Assembly (NCBI GenBank): GCA_040954595.2
Contig: CM082586.2
Coordinates: 5,194,509-5,258,508 of the forward strand
Direction of reading: 5' to 3'
From: Balanoglossus misakiensis
Lineage: Eukaryota; Animalia; Hemichordata
DNA: 64,000 nt
Both the position numbers and the translations under genes were made by a program. Of the stretch, positions 53,086-64,000 are shown piece by piece (positions within the stretch are counted from its first letter, which is position 1; each line of letters begins with the position of its first letter). The notes beneath the pieces are model-generated. The model saw only the letters and a program-made list of their open reading frames with translations. It had not been told where the DNA came from and did not search any database.

Positions 53086-56000
53086 TTACGTATTGTTACG
53101 TCGTAACCATCGGCTGCCTTCACAACGTGACCATTCAGTATCATTTGGAATTACGTCACTTGTCATGTGATTGTTTTCTCCCACACCTAATATGGTAGTG
53201 GAGTCCTCGTCTTGAATAGTGACGACTGTATTAGCTATACCCATATCATCGTGTGTTTGTTCGTTTGCTTCCTCGCCATCTCCGCTAAATGAGGCTTCAC
53301 CGCGTTTCCCACAGCTGCACCTGGTTTTACATGTTCTGCACCCCGCCGTGCATTTCGTTATAAGACTATCGTATGGTACAAGAGAACGCATGCATTTTGG
53401 CAGGAACTCCCAAGTCCTCATTGATTTGGGGAGACATTTTGGACACCACTTCTGCAAGACATTCAGTGTGATCACAAAAATGAGAATGACCCCGAAAATA
53501 CCGATCACTAGAGCAAGATACTGCCATCCCGCTATGGCGAGGAATAACACTGTGTCAGCGAACGGCATTATGAAGATCGTTAACATGACTAATATAAATG
53601 CTAATGAAAACCAGCGGTAGCCAGCTGTGGTGTTACCCAAAAATTTGGCACCACCTAACGGCGGCCGCCTTGTGAATGGAATCGGATACCACAGTAAAAT
53701 CCCAGCCAAGTTGAAAAATAGATGACAGAGAGCAATTTGAACCCCTTCAACAAAGTCTACGGAACTGGAGCTCGCAAAGGCTGCTAAGAGACACGTGAAA
53801 GTAGTGCCCAGGTTTGCGCCGAGAGTCAATGGGTACATCCGCTCCTGTGTTATAATGCGCATGCCCACCAACGGCGTGAACAGGGACGTGAAGACGGAAC
53901 TACTTTGCAGCAGCATGGTGAACAGGCAGCCGACCAGGATGGACAGGTAACCGGTCAGCCACGACAGGCGCCCGGGGAAGTCGGCGTTCAGGAACTTCCG
54001 GTTGGCGCTGGCTGTGCTTCCCTTCAACATGGAACTCAGCACTTTGACGATGCCCAGCAAACAACACATAAGCAGAATCAGCGAAAATATCAATAAAATA
54101 GTCCCAATGACCGGATCCGAGAGATCACAATAAGCGAAGAGAAATTCACCTGAAACAACATTAAAACAAATCAGTAACTCGTTCATACAGAAAACGTAAA
54201 TGACAATTTTATAGAACATACATATACAGCATATACAAGTCATTCGCTATAATGCCTTCTATTATGATATAAATGTACTGCGATATAAGTAAAACCCAGA
54301 TGTACATTTAAATGAAATACTTACATCCGTCTTCTTGAAGTACTGCTGTGGCATTGTTGACGTAGTCGTCATCGTAATCATAGAACATCGATCCATTATA
54401 TTTAGCACCATAAACACACCACCTGTCTACCAAGCTTACTTCTCCCGGTTCCAATTCTCCCACAGCGACTCTCTCCAGTACCTTCCTGTCGAGCTACGGA
54501 GAAATAACAAACAAGCGTTTTATTCTTGATAAACGGCATCAGAATGGCGGTTTGCAGATGATTAAACAATTCGGTAGCATTAATTATCAACGTAAATAGC
54601 TTGCACGGTCAGAGCACATTTTAGACAATATTAAAGGATTACAAGTGGGTGACTTCATGCGCAAAAATCCTGTCCAGACTATGCTTCATTTCATTGTTGC
54701 ACCAACTGAAACATCTGCAGTCAACTAATCCTGGCTTACCTGTATTATAAATTTAACTATCGGGTCTGCAGTGTTGGACGAGTCCACTATAGCCGAGGTG
54801 AGGTGGTACAAATACCCGGTGATGTACCCGAGTGGCAGAAGTATTAACACCGCCAGCCAGTTGAAGCAGTCGTGCACCGTCGCGCCGGCGAACGAAAGCC
54901 GGAAGGTTTCCCTGTCGCCGGCCTGGCCACCTGCCACTATCGTGTTGGTCACCGATGGGCTAAGGTTGGCACCCATCACCATCGGGATTGCGTCTTGGAC
55001 TTGAATAACTACAATGTGAAAATAATACATGTATTGAACATAATGTAATTCTTTTGAAACTGTTGAGGTGCGGTAGTTCATTGCGGACGGTGCAATGATA
55101 TAACGAGAGGAAGCGATAGCTTGTTTTCATTACAGTCACTTACTTTATTGGACACCAACAGGTGTAGTGGATGAACATCACTGACCAAGTCTGCTTTGTG
55201 TTGAACACCCACAAGAACGGAAAAACCCCACCAAGCTTACATAACACATGCATAATGAGACTATCATTTACATATCAAAGAAAGTGGCCATCTGGGTAAA
55301 GTTCAGTTTACTCCAACAGAAACGCTTTCTTCAAGACGATTAACCCATGTGATTATGGTCTGTGCATTCTAACGGACGAGGAAAGGCGTTTGTTGGAGAC
55401 GTGTACAGCTACTTACTGTTCGATGCTACCATGGAAACGATGATAGAAGTGGTGGCACTGGAGCTCTGCAAGAGTACTGTAACCAGCATGCCGATCATCA
55501 GTTCGACCAGTAAATTTTCCAGGAGACTGCTGTCAGACAGGGCGGCGTTTGCAGCAGACCCACCAATCAGGGTGAAGGCGTCTCTCATCAAGGCCAGAGC
55601 CACGATGCAGAAGTAGAGGAAAAAGAGCACCGCTATTAACGGCTTGCCGATCAAGTCCACCAATACTCGTTTAGCTTTGCCGCCCGTGGTCAATTCTGAA
55701 GATAATAGTAAACTATACATCAGTAATAGGCAATGTGTGCAAATGAACAAAACATGAGAAACTGTTGGATTCACCGACTCTTTTCGTCAGGAAAAAGCTG
55801 CAACGGAAATTAGGTAGCTTCTGTATAGCAGTAAGCGAATGTATCTAGAATAGCTTTCATATGATGACTTTACAGTGCAATTTGGACTCCGAGAGAATTA
55901 AAATTGGCATTTTAATACTTAAAAGGAATCAGTGGTAACTCACCAGACCACTTCTTCCTATTTGATTCCCCGAAATATGGGACTTTTTTCCATGGATCTT

Positions 56001-56547
56001 CCTCCTCCGATACCTGGGAATGTGTCTCCTCTCTGTCGTCGCTCCCGTCTTCAAGATGCTCACCTGAAAGTTTGCCATCAGGTGATTCAAAGCTTGTCCC
56101 CACGTCAACGACAACCGTGTTATCTGCAGAAGCCTCATGTCCGGGGACGTTGTCTAGTATAATGCTGATGTTGGTGAGAGTCGTTGACCTGCTTGGGTAA
56201 CCGCTGGATGCAGAGCTGCCGCTGCTGGAGTTATCGCTCGACGTAAGACTTTCGTGCCTCGTGAGGCAGGCCGAAAGTGAGTTCGGAGTAGAAGAGCCCT
56301 CAGACGATGTAGAGGATTCGGTGTCAGACCATTTCACCTTGGTCGTCTGACAAGGAAAATCGTGCTTTCCATGTATGTTCGAATCATCTTCTGGAAATGT
56401 GTTCCGTGAAGAGGGGGGCTGATGAATGTCCAGTGTGGTCCTATTTTCCGTAGTAGTCTCCATTGAATTGTTATTTTGAGTACTATTATCGCCAACATTT
56501 AAAGCCTCCATGCTCCTGTTGTTGTTTATGTTTATGGTACTCATCAT
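53086..56547 (-). CDS. SLC34/NaPi-II cotransporter, copy C; reading frame intact but core motifs substituted
   Basis: Exons approx. 56547-55944, 55695-55416, 55011-54740, 54493-54325, 54149-53086, with no stop or frameshift found. Two QSSS repeats and [11 protein letters not shown] are present, but it reads MGANLSPSVTNT, LMRDAF and LVELMIG. Confidence 0.85.
55061..55318 (-). mobile_element. Solo LTR, 258 bp, in an intron of SLC34 copy C; same family as 9201-9462
   Basis: Ends TGTTG...CAACA. Perfect 5-bp TSD GAAAC (55056-55060 and 55319-55323). Aligns end to end with 9201-9462. Confidence 0.85.
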
Positions 56548-57627
56548 TGTCCTTGTAATGATATCTCAATTATGTCGCATACGCGTCGGATGCCGTATGG
56601 ACAGACTTTTATTGATCTGCAAACAAAGAATTAAAAAAAATGTTCATGCTCAAAGCATCAATTTAGTACATACAACATATTGCTCTCGTCAATGGTGTGA
56701 TTGGTTCATCCGGAAACACGTGATGCGTAGTGATATGTTGGGGACGATAAGCGGGGTTGGCTAAGTTGTAGTCTTGACATGCGTGGTATAGTCAGTGCAA
56801 AACGTGGCCAATTTGGTACATATGGGACACCTTCACAATGTATGGGCTTAATATAACACACTTGCGCTGCTGACCCCTGGAAGTGAAGGTCACTAACAGA
56901 AAATCCGCCTCTAGCGAAAGGTATATGTATATACGGAATTAGATACAATCAGACAGCCATATGTCGTAATTAACAGATGCCATGGAAGGCCAATCGCTGT
57001 AAACTGGTGAATGAAGAAACCACAAAATCGATGACAATTTCCCTAAAGGATTCTCTTCCGAGCTTCTACTAAATACAATTCAATTAACGCGATTTTACTA
57101 ACTGAATAGAAGCCGGTTAGATGTGCATATGGTGTCATAACTTTCTTGGAATTTCAAGAATATCTTGTAGGATTGTCACATTACCTTATGAAACATTTCA
57201 AAATAATGAACGGTGGCGCTATTTCACCTAAAATGTTGAATAAATACAGGGAAATGGTTTAACAAGTAGGATATACCTTGCAATCAGCCATATACATTGG
57301 AGTGTTCCACCAGCTGTGAGACACGTTTGCAGTACAGCCTCGTGCGACAACTTTTACGTGAGAAATGGACTGTGTCATAGTACGACTGTATGACGGTACC
57401 TACAATTATCATGCATTCACATGCAGCCTACAGGCACCCCACTTCTGCCACAGTAGTGGACATCATGTGGACAACACGCTGTATACACACACGTGAGCAC
57501 TCTGACTGATATATGAGATGCTTGACGGATACAAGTACCCAATGGCATGAATCGAAGCATATGAGCGGGAAAATAGCTGCATGGGCGCGTTTTATAAGGA
57601 AGCATTCTGAAATAAGTTCAAAGCGCC

Positions 57628-58280
57628 TGTTACGACCCGCAGGCCGTCCGAGCCAAAAATATGCGGATAATAGAGAGGCCAATTTACCTGACCGGGTGGC
57701 TTGTTTTACACCCGAACCGACCAACAGGCCGCAGCAAAAGAAATGGTCAAAGACAGCACACGTACAACAAACCAGTCTATTTACATTGTTAATTTAATTG
57801 CAGATACGAGTAATATTCACAATAGGTTAACTAATATTTACAATAAACTACAAACTAAACTCGAGCGTGACCGGGTGACCAAAACAAAATTCCTAACAAG
57901 ATCAAAGTCTCATAAACAGTTCGGTGAGTCGGCGCACGACGATACTGGCCTTTCACTCGACGCACAACAATTCTGGCCTTTCTGTCCGTTTTACGCCAGT
58001 GTACAAAAGACAGCCACGTATTACCTCAAATTCCCTTCGGCAGTGTCAATCCTCAGCTACCACAGTAGACAGGCACTCCGTACGGTGGACTCCAAAAACT
58101 CCTTCAAGGCGACGGCACAGCTACCAGACTAGAATCAAAAATAAGCCACACGACAACGTGGCACTGGGTGGCTTTTACACGACCCAAAAACTAACACCTG
58201 GTCACGCTAATATGTTAAATAAAGAAATTAACATAGGTGCACCTGGCCACGAAACAAAACAAATAAGAAACTTCATCACA
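57628..58280. mobile_element. Possible solo LTR, ~650 bp
   Basis: Begins TGTTACGA and ends TCATCACA (6/8 inverted match). Flanks CGCC/CACC could be a 4-bp TSD with one CpG-type change. No second copy in the window. Confidence 0.45.
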
Positions 58281-60951
58281 CACCTCAAATGGACTATTAA
58301 TATTGGCTTGGACACCTCTGTGGAAAAGTCAAGTTGACATTTCTCTGAAATCAATCGCTTGTGAGCATTAGCTGCAGAAAAAAACTGTATAGATATTTTT
58401 CTTCAATTTCAATTAACACCATCCGTAGATTTCTCATACTGGTTTGACCAATTATCGCCCCGAATCCTCAATATATAGTATACGTGTGTTTTTTTAAACC
58501 TTAAGATTATGTACTCAGGGTTTGAAGGGCTATGTTGATTCTATCAACATCGTTGCCCGCACAATTATGACCTAATTTCACAAGTTCCGTCCGGTGCCAG
58601 CGATATCTTCGGTTCAAATGAAGTATGAACATGATAAGAGTAATGGCCACGTGAAATGAATATTCGTCCACGTGTGTGTGAAGAGAATGTATACGTCTAC
58701 ATGTACATGTGTATAGTGGTGCCATAATAACGGCAACTGTTATAGTTTGATGTAGCCGGGTTGCTCTGTCAAGTGATATGATGTCGTGAATCGACTAACA
58801 TTTCCGTAAACTGGTGGGTTGCACACTAAACTGTGGTGGAACCCCAGCATATGCCACAGCCCAGCAAGAAGGAAAATCGACCATAGATGGCATGTTTCAC
58901 AATATTCAGCTTAATTAAGGCTACTTATGTCTGCGTCATTTGAGACTGGTTTGTCATTTGACGCGTGCATGGAAACATGCAGATAAGACTTTTTTGAACT
59001 GACGTGACGATATATACTTAACTGTTTACTTACTTAAGTACTGGAGCCACCAACATAATTCAAGTAGAGTTGACATTCTTAATATTCATAACAGCACACA
59101 CGGAACACGTCTTTGTGATTTTGCTTCACAGGGTGTTGAATTCTCCCATTTTATATCGAGAAACTGGTTTGATCTAGAGCCTTATCACAGAAAAGGAACA
59201 ATAGTACCAAATAAAACAGACAACAAGGAGGATCAAAGTGCTTATATATTGTACATGTGCTTGATTTATTTATTTATTAATATATAATAATGGCAAATAT
59301 CAACGTTGGCACATGGTTGGCACATGATAGGTAACTGATCAAATCAAAGCGCAGTTAAAGGCCCAGTTTATTACACCCCTTGTACTGTGGTACAGAAGTC
59401 ACATTGACCTATAGTTACAGTCTGACATTGTCTTCCCCTAGCCTCAATAGAGCCATTTGCACGGAGGCGTATTGGGGCCATTGGTTTCCCAAAGCGGGGC
59501 TTCATTAACAGTTTGAGTAACGTCAAATACGCATATCGGTAATTGATCAGTGTATATCTAGACGGACACTTTGCCCATGCAGTGACCTTGATCTACCTGT
59601 CGGTCAGGTCAAGTGGTTTGACAACACAATTATCCTATATTTGGAAACATTGATAACCCTACGGTTGAGAGAGGGCGATTGACTTTATAAAGATAGTTCT
59701 TTCCGTCATGAATTTGACCTACTGTACTTTTTCGTGGACTGTGCTTTGTTATGCGGTTTTGTGATTATCTTTATAGCAACTGGACATGTTTATGTGATAT
59801 TCGCCCCAAGATTTCATGGATTACGGATGGGAATGATCACAATTAGTTTTTATTCGTTTACCATGTCATAAAACAACGGTAACACCTTGAGGGCCTACTG
59901 ATGTTGGTGGCGTTTGCGTCCCCTGTTGAGCGACCGACCATCACGACCAAAACCCATACCGATTTTCATGTGGTTTCCACAAGTCCTCATGCATATTGCC
60001 TAGACATTCGGTGGACCACTTACTTAGGACAACCCGATAAGTTCTATTGTCTATTGTCTGCATACATGCTGGCCATCAAATTGTCGAGATGGACCTCGAG
60101 GCATGTCATTCACCTTGATAACTGGCACTTGTAGCGTACAATGACACGATACTGGCACATTGGAGATTTATATTGTTCATTGTGATAGATTGAACGGTGG
60201 TGTCTGCCGATCTTTGTCCATTGTGATAGATTAGATGTGGATATCTGCCAGTGATATCCTTATCAGGCAGTACCAAACTCCACATAGTTCGATCAGACAC
60301 ACGGTTTCACATTTATCATGGAATGTTAACTGAACATCAGAGTCTATTGATCACTATTTCTCACGGATAATTGAGGTTTAATCGCGACAGCCTTTCAAGT
60401 GGTCCATTCTCTTGTATCGTGATGATACAAAATACATGTCAGATAAGGAGCCTATTTATTATGTACAATCATGTAAGTCTACATACAAGTCTGATAGCAA
60501 TAACGTATTGTACAAGTCCTGTTTGACAAAATAAATTCAGTCTGATAATTTATACGCCGATTTTCAACTGCTAATAATGACTTGTTATGCCAGAACCACA
60601 CTCTATGTGAGAAAGTTCAATGACACGTGTCTGCTGTCCGTCTCCTCGCCTCGTTCAGTGTACATACATGTATATGTCAATCAAGGTGATTGACAGGCAA
60701 TTTGTTATTCCCATGCGTCTCGTTAGCAGGTGGGCTCGTGACCAACAGATAACAAAGTGTGGCGTGATGAGAACTCGAAGATTAATGATGACATCTGATG
60801 ATGTGTGTTTGAGTTTTTTGGCAAGAATGTACGAGGGTGTTCCAAGTTTCTTTCAATCATACATTTCATATCATTTACAAATCTTGCAAAGAGAGGCAAA
60901 TCTTTTGGCATACCTTTTAAAGAGCCAAAACGTTTAAATGCAAAATTAGCA

Positions 60952-60991
<40 letters not shown>

Positions 60992-60997
60992 CATCTC

Positions 60998-61047
<50 letters not shown>

Positions 61048-61069
61048 TCTCTCTCCCTCTCTCTCTCTC
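60952..61069. repeat. (CT)n microsatellite
   Basis: About 115 bp of imperfect CT repeat. Confidence 0.97.
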
Positions 61070-61817
61070 CATGTACATGCCAATCAATTGGAGTGACCGA
61101 CAGACAGATAGTGCGACGACAGACGATTTATTTCCATCGGCCTCATTAGGAGGTTAGGGTCATGACCTTCGGATAACATTGTGAGGTGAGATGAGAAGAT
61201 TAATGATTCCAGATATCGACGTGCCTTTCAGATTTTGGCACAAAGAAATAAACCGATTTGATCCAAGTTTCTATCAATCATCTCGTTTGATACCATTTCA
61301 GAACCTTTTAAGGTAAATCTTTGGATACTGACACCGGACGGTGCAAATGATAAAACTGTGAATCGAATGCGAGCAGCACTTGTCTGTGACAGTAACATGG
61401 TAGTAAGACGGTTGAGCAATAGAAACTATTTCACTTGGCACAGACACATTTAGCAGAAAACATATTTCACCTTAAAATCATAATATATAACAATGACAAG
61501 ACTAGATAGCAAAATTCCAGCGACAACGATGGCGTGTTTGTATTAAGATGCATTGCTGTTTTCACAATATATGTACCTGTTTTACAATTAAGAAGAATGA
61601 ATACTTAAAGAGGATCATAGTTTACGTGAAAGGCCTAGAGCCACCGTGAATTTCTCCAGCCCTCTCCACCTCCCGTTTACTGAAAGCTCCCTTAGAAAGC
61701 TCACAGGCCAACGACAACCGTATACGTTGACAATGTCAGAGGCTTCATTCCCCACAAATGGCCCTCAGTTCCATGGCTTCCTAATTTAGTGAGCAGCTTT
61801 GACGGAAAGGAGAATCG

Positions 61818-64000
61818 ATGGGGAGGTACTCGCGGACCCTCAACTCACCTGTAGCCAGAGGGCTTCTCAAAATTGGCCTCTTACTTAGTATAATTGCGTT
61901 GATGGTTGTCTATCATCCCGGTCTCTTTCCCAGGGACAGTGCGTTTTACACAGATGATGCGGCTACGACGATCGCGATGCACGGAAGAGACGTGGCCGAT
62001 ACGACACCCTACAACGCAGGTAGGTCTTCTAATCGGAGACACTCTCAAAGTCACGATCATATTGATCCGTGAATGCTTAGATAGCACAGGCTACGAAGCC
62101 GTACAGAAGTGTGGGGGCATATTTTATGCTGAACAAGATTTCTAAGGACGCTATTTTCCGGATCACAGTCCCTTGGATGTTTAACAAATTGGCAAAATCA
62201 TTTTAAAACAAAATTTGACTGAAAATGACATTGTCTAAATTAATGTAAAATGAAAGAAAGTGTTATCTATACGGTAGAAGCTGGCCAGTATTCAGCTGGC
62301 CATGTTTGCCTAATTTTTTCTTTCAATTGTATAATTTCTGTGATTTTAAACATTCATATGTAAAAAATCTAGGGACACGTAAATACTGGTATCATAATTC
62401 GTAGTGACAGCTGTTCTCATTTCAAATGTCACGTGTGAGCAGTCCTAAAAATCATGTCAACGGGCCTAGAGATGTCAAAACTGTAAGTTACAAACTCTCG
62501 TGGTCTAAGTTGACGAACAGATACCTAGTGGTACCTAATAAAGACCCACATATTTGGTAGTTTCGCTGAAATACTATTTGAATGGTGTGTGTTTCAAATT
62601 TGATCTAACTCCCCGTTTGTTTGGAAATAATAATCGCGAAGCTCCAGTGTACACAGTCACAACAGCTGTGGCGTATTGCATTGAAGCTGGTTCACTCAGC
62701 TGCAGAGGATTTGGCATCCCTTCTTATACACACAATGGTCGCCATATACTATTTCATCTCATGTGGTTGGTATAATCCCCGGTGAAAAAATGCACACAGG
62801 AATATATTAGACAAGGGCAATGTGAGCTCCCGGTATCAACCATCCAACACGGGAATGTCGCATTGTCAATCTGCATTTTTGGAAATCACTAGAAATGTAA
62901 TTTTCGTCTCATTTTTGTCAGACGTCAGCTGCCCGCTGGGGTTTGCGCCTGGTCACAGCCTCCCGCTGGTGGCGCTGGCCAGTTCTCCTGGATCTGGGAA
63001 CACCTGGTTACGTCATCTGATAGAGCAGGCAACGGGAATCTTTAGTGGCACTACCATAGAATGCAGCCAGCTCCTCCTAGAAGCAGGTATGAGAGGACAC
63101 AATTGTTTCTGCCTGAGGGAAGATACTTCATGTATTTTCGTCTGAAGACTTCATGATGCTATTCATGTTGTACTCATTCGGTTTGTGCTCCTAAATCACG
63201 TGGCGTATTACTTGTGTTACCTAGGAAACAATCTAAATTATTGCCCGACAGAAATAAGCGTGAATAATCAGAAGTGTGGGGTACAAATTATTCCTAAAAT
63301 CATACTGAAGTTCCAACAGTTTCTGATTTAAAATAAAATCTTATTACCCTTGTCAGGATTTCTTGGCGATTGCGTGGATTACTTTTCCGGTACAACGATA
63401 GTTGGTAAAGTCCACAAACCTCGGAAGGCCAAACTATTTGACGCCGTTATTCTGGTGTACCGCAATCCCTACAAAGCACTTTTGGCCGAGTTCAACAGAC
63501 GCCAAGCTGGAAAGACAGGCTTTGCAGAGGAGGAAACGTTCAAAGACAAAGGTTTGTTAAGTAAGATGCGTTATTTTGTTGGAAATTTGCATCTTGTATG
63601 GCTGGTAGTAAGCTAGTAATTACATTGAAAACGGCATTCCAACATTTTTTCGTCTGTGGTCATATATGTTGCGTGTTTTCTTTCAGCCTGGAGAACTTTT
63701 GTCCCAGTTGTGTCCAGCGGCTGGGAAACGAAAACGAGCAAGTGGCTACTAACGAAGAAGCCTCTGTTGGCCATTCGCTACGAAGACGTCAAGGCAGACA
63801 CCCTGAGGGAAGTCGAGAAAATTGTGACGTTCCTGAACGTGACCATGGATGACGCTCGACGGGAATGTGTCCTGCACAACAGAGAGGGCGCTTTTCACCG
63901 GCTAGACAATGCCAGCAAGGCCATGACTTTTGACCCGTTCACAGAAACAATGCATTTGAACATTGACAAGAAAATAGCTAGAGTCAATAAGATTCTTTCT
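61818..64000 (+). CDS. WSCD1/2-like type II membrane sulfotransferase, truncated at the 3' end by the window
   Basis: Exons 61818-62019, 62922-63086, 63357-63551, 63687->64000, joined by phase-1 introns. N-terminal anchor IGLLLSIIALMVVY, 5'-PSB-like VALASSPGSGNTWLRHLIEQATG, 3'-PB-like ILVYRNPYKALLAEFNR, RYED, and C-terminal REGAFHR...FDPFT. Confidence 0.85.

Noticed and set aside
60830-60860. TACGAGGG, resembling a mariner terminal repeat
   Set aside because: No matching opposite end or transposase was seen.

Overview
Eukaryotic genomic DNA with GT-AG introns and AT-rich intergenic sequence, probably from an invertebrate animal (inference). The first ~14.7 kb has no intact gene, only a solo LTR and decayed fragments. 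Gene order after that: a class A peptide-type GPCR with an intronless CDS (+); three tandem 9-exon CYP4 genes (+); LACTB2 (-), tail-to-tail with CYP4-3 and head-to-head with a sarcosine-oxidase-like flavoprotein gene (+); three tandem SLC34/NaPi-II phosphate transporters (-); and a WSCD-like sulfotransferase (+) that runs off the window. There are three tRNA-Arg(TCG) genes. Two carry 17-nt introns and lie antisense in intron 7 of CYP4-1 and CYP4-2; the third is intronless. Mobile DNA comprises a complete non-autonomous LTR element in CYP4-3 intron 1, four solo LTRs and a TTAA-flanked foldback MITE. The most notable signals are in the CYP4 cluster: Glu/Gly/Ala at the heme-ester I-helix position in the three paralogues, tandemly amplified DR1 (HNF4/PPAR-like) promoter sites, and the nested intron-containing tRNAs. 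All calls were made by eye with no database searches. I found no clear-cut wholly new system, only these candidate oddities.
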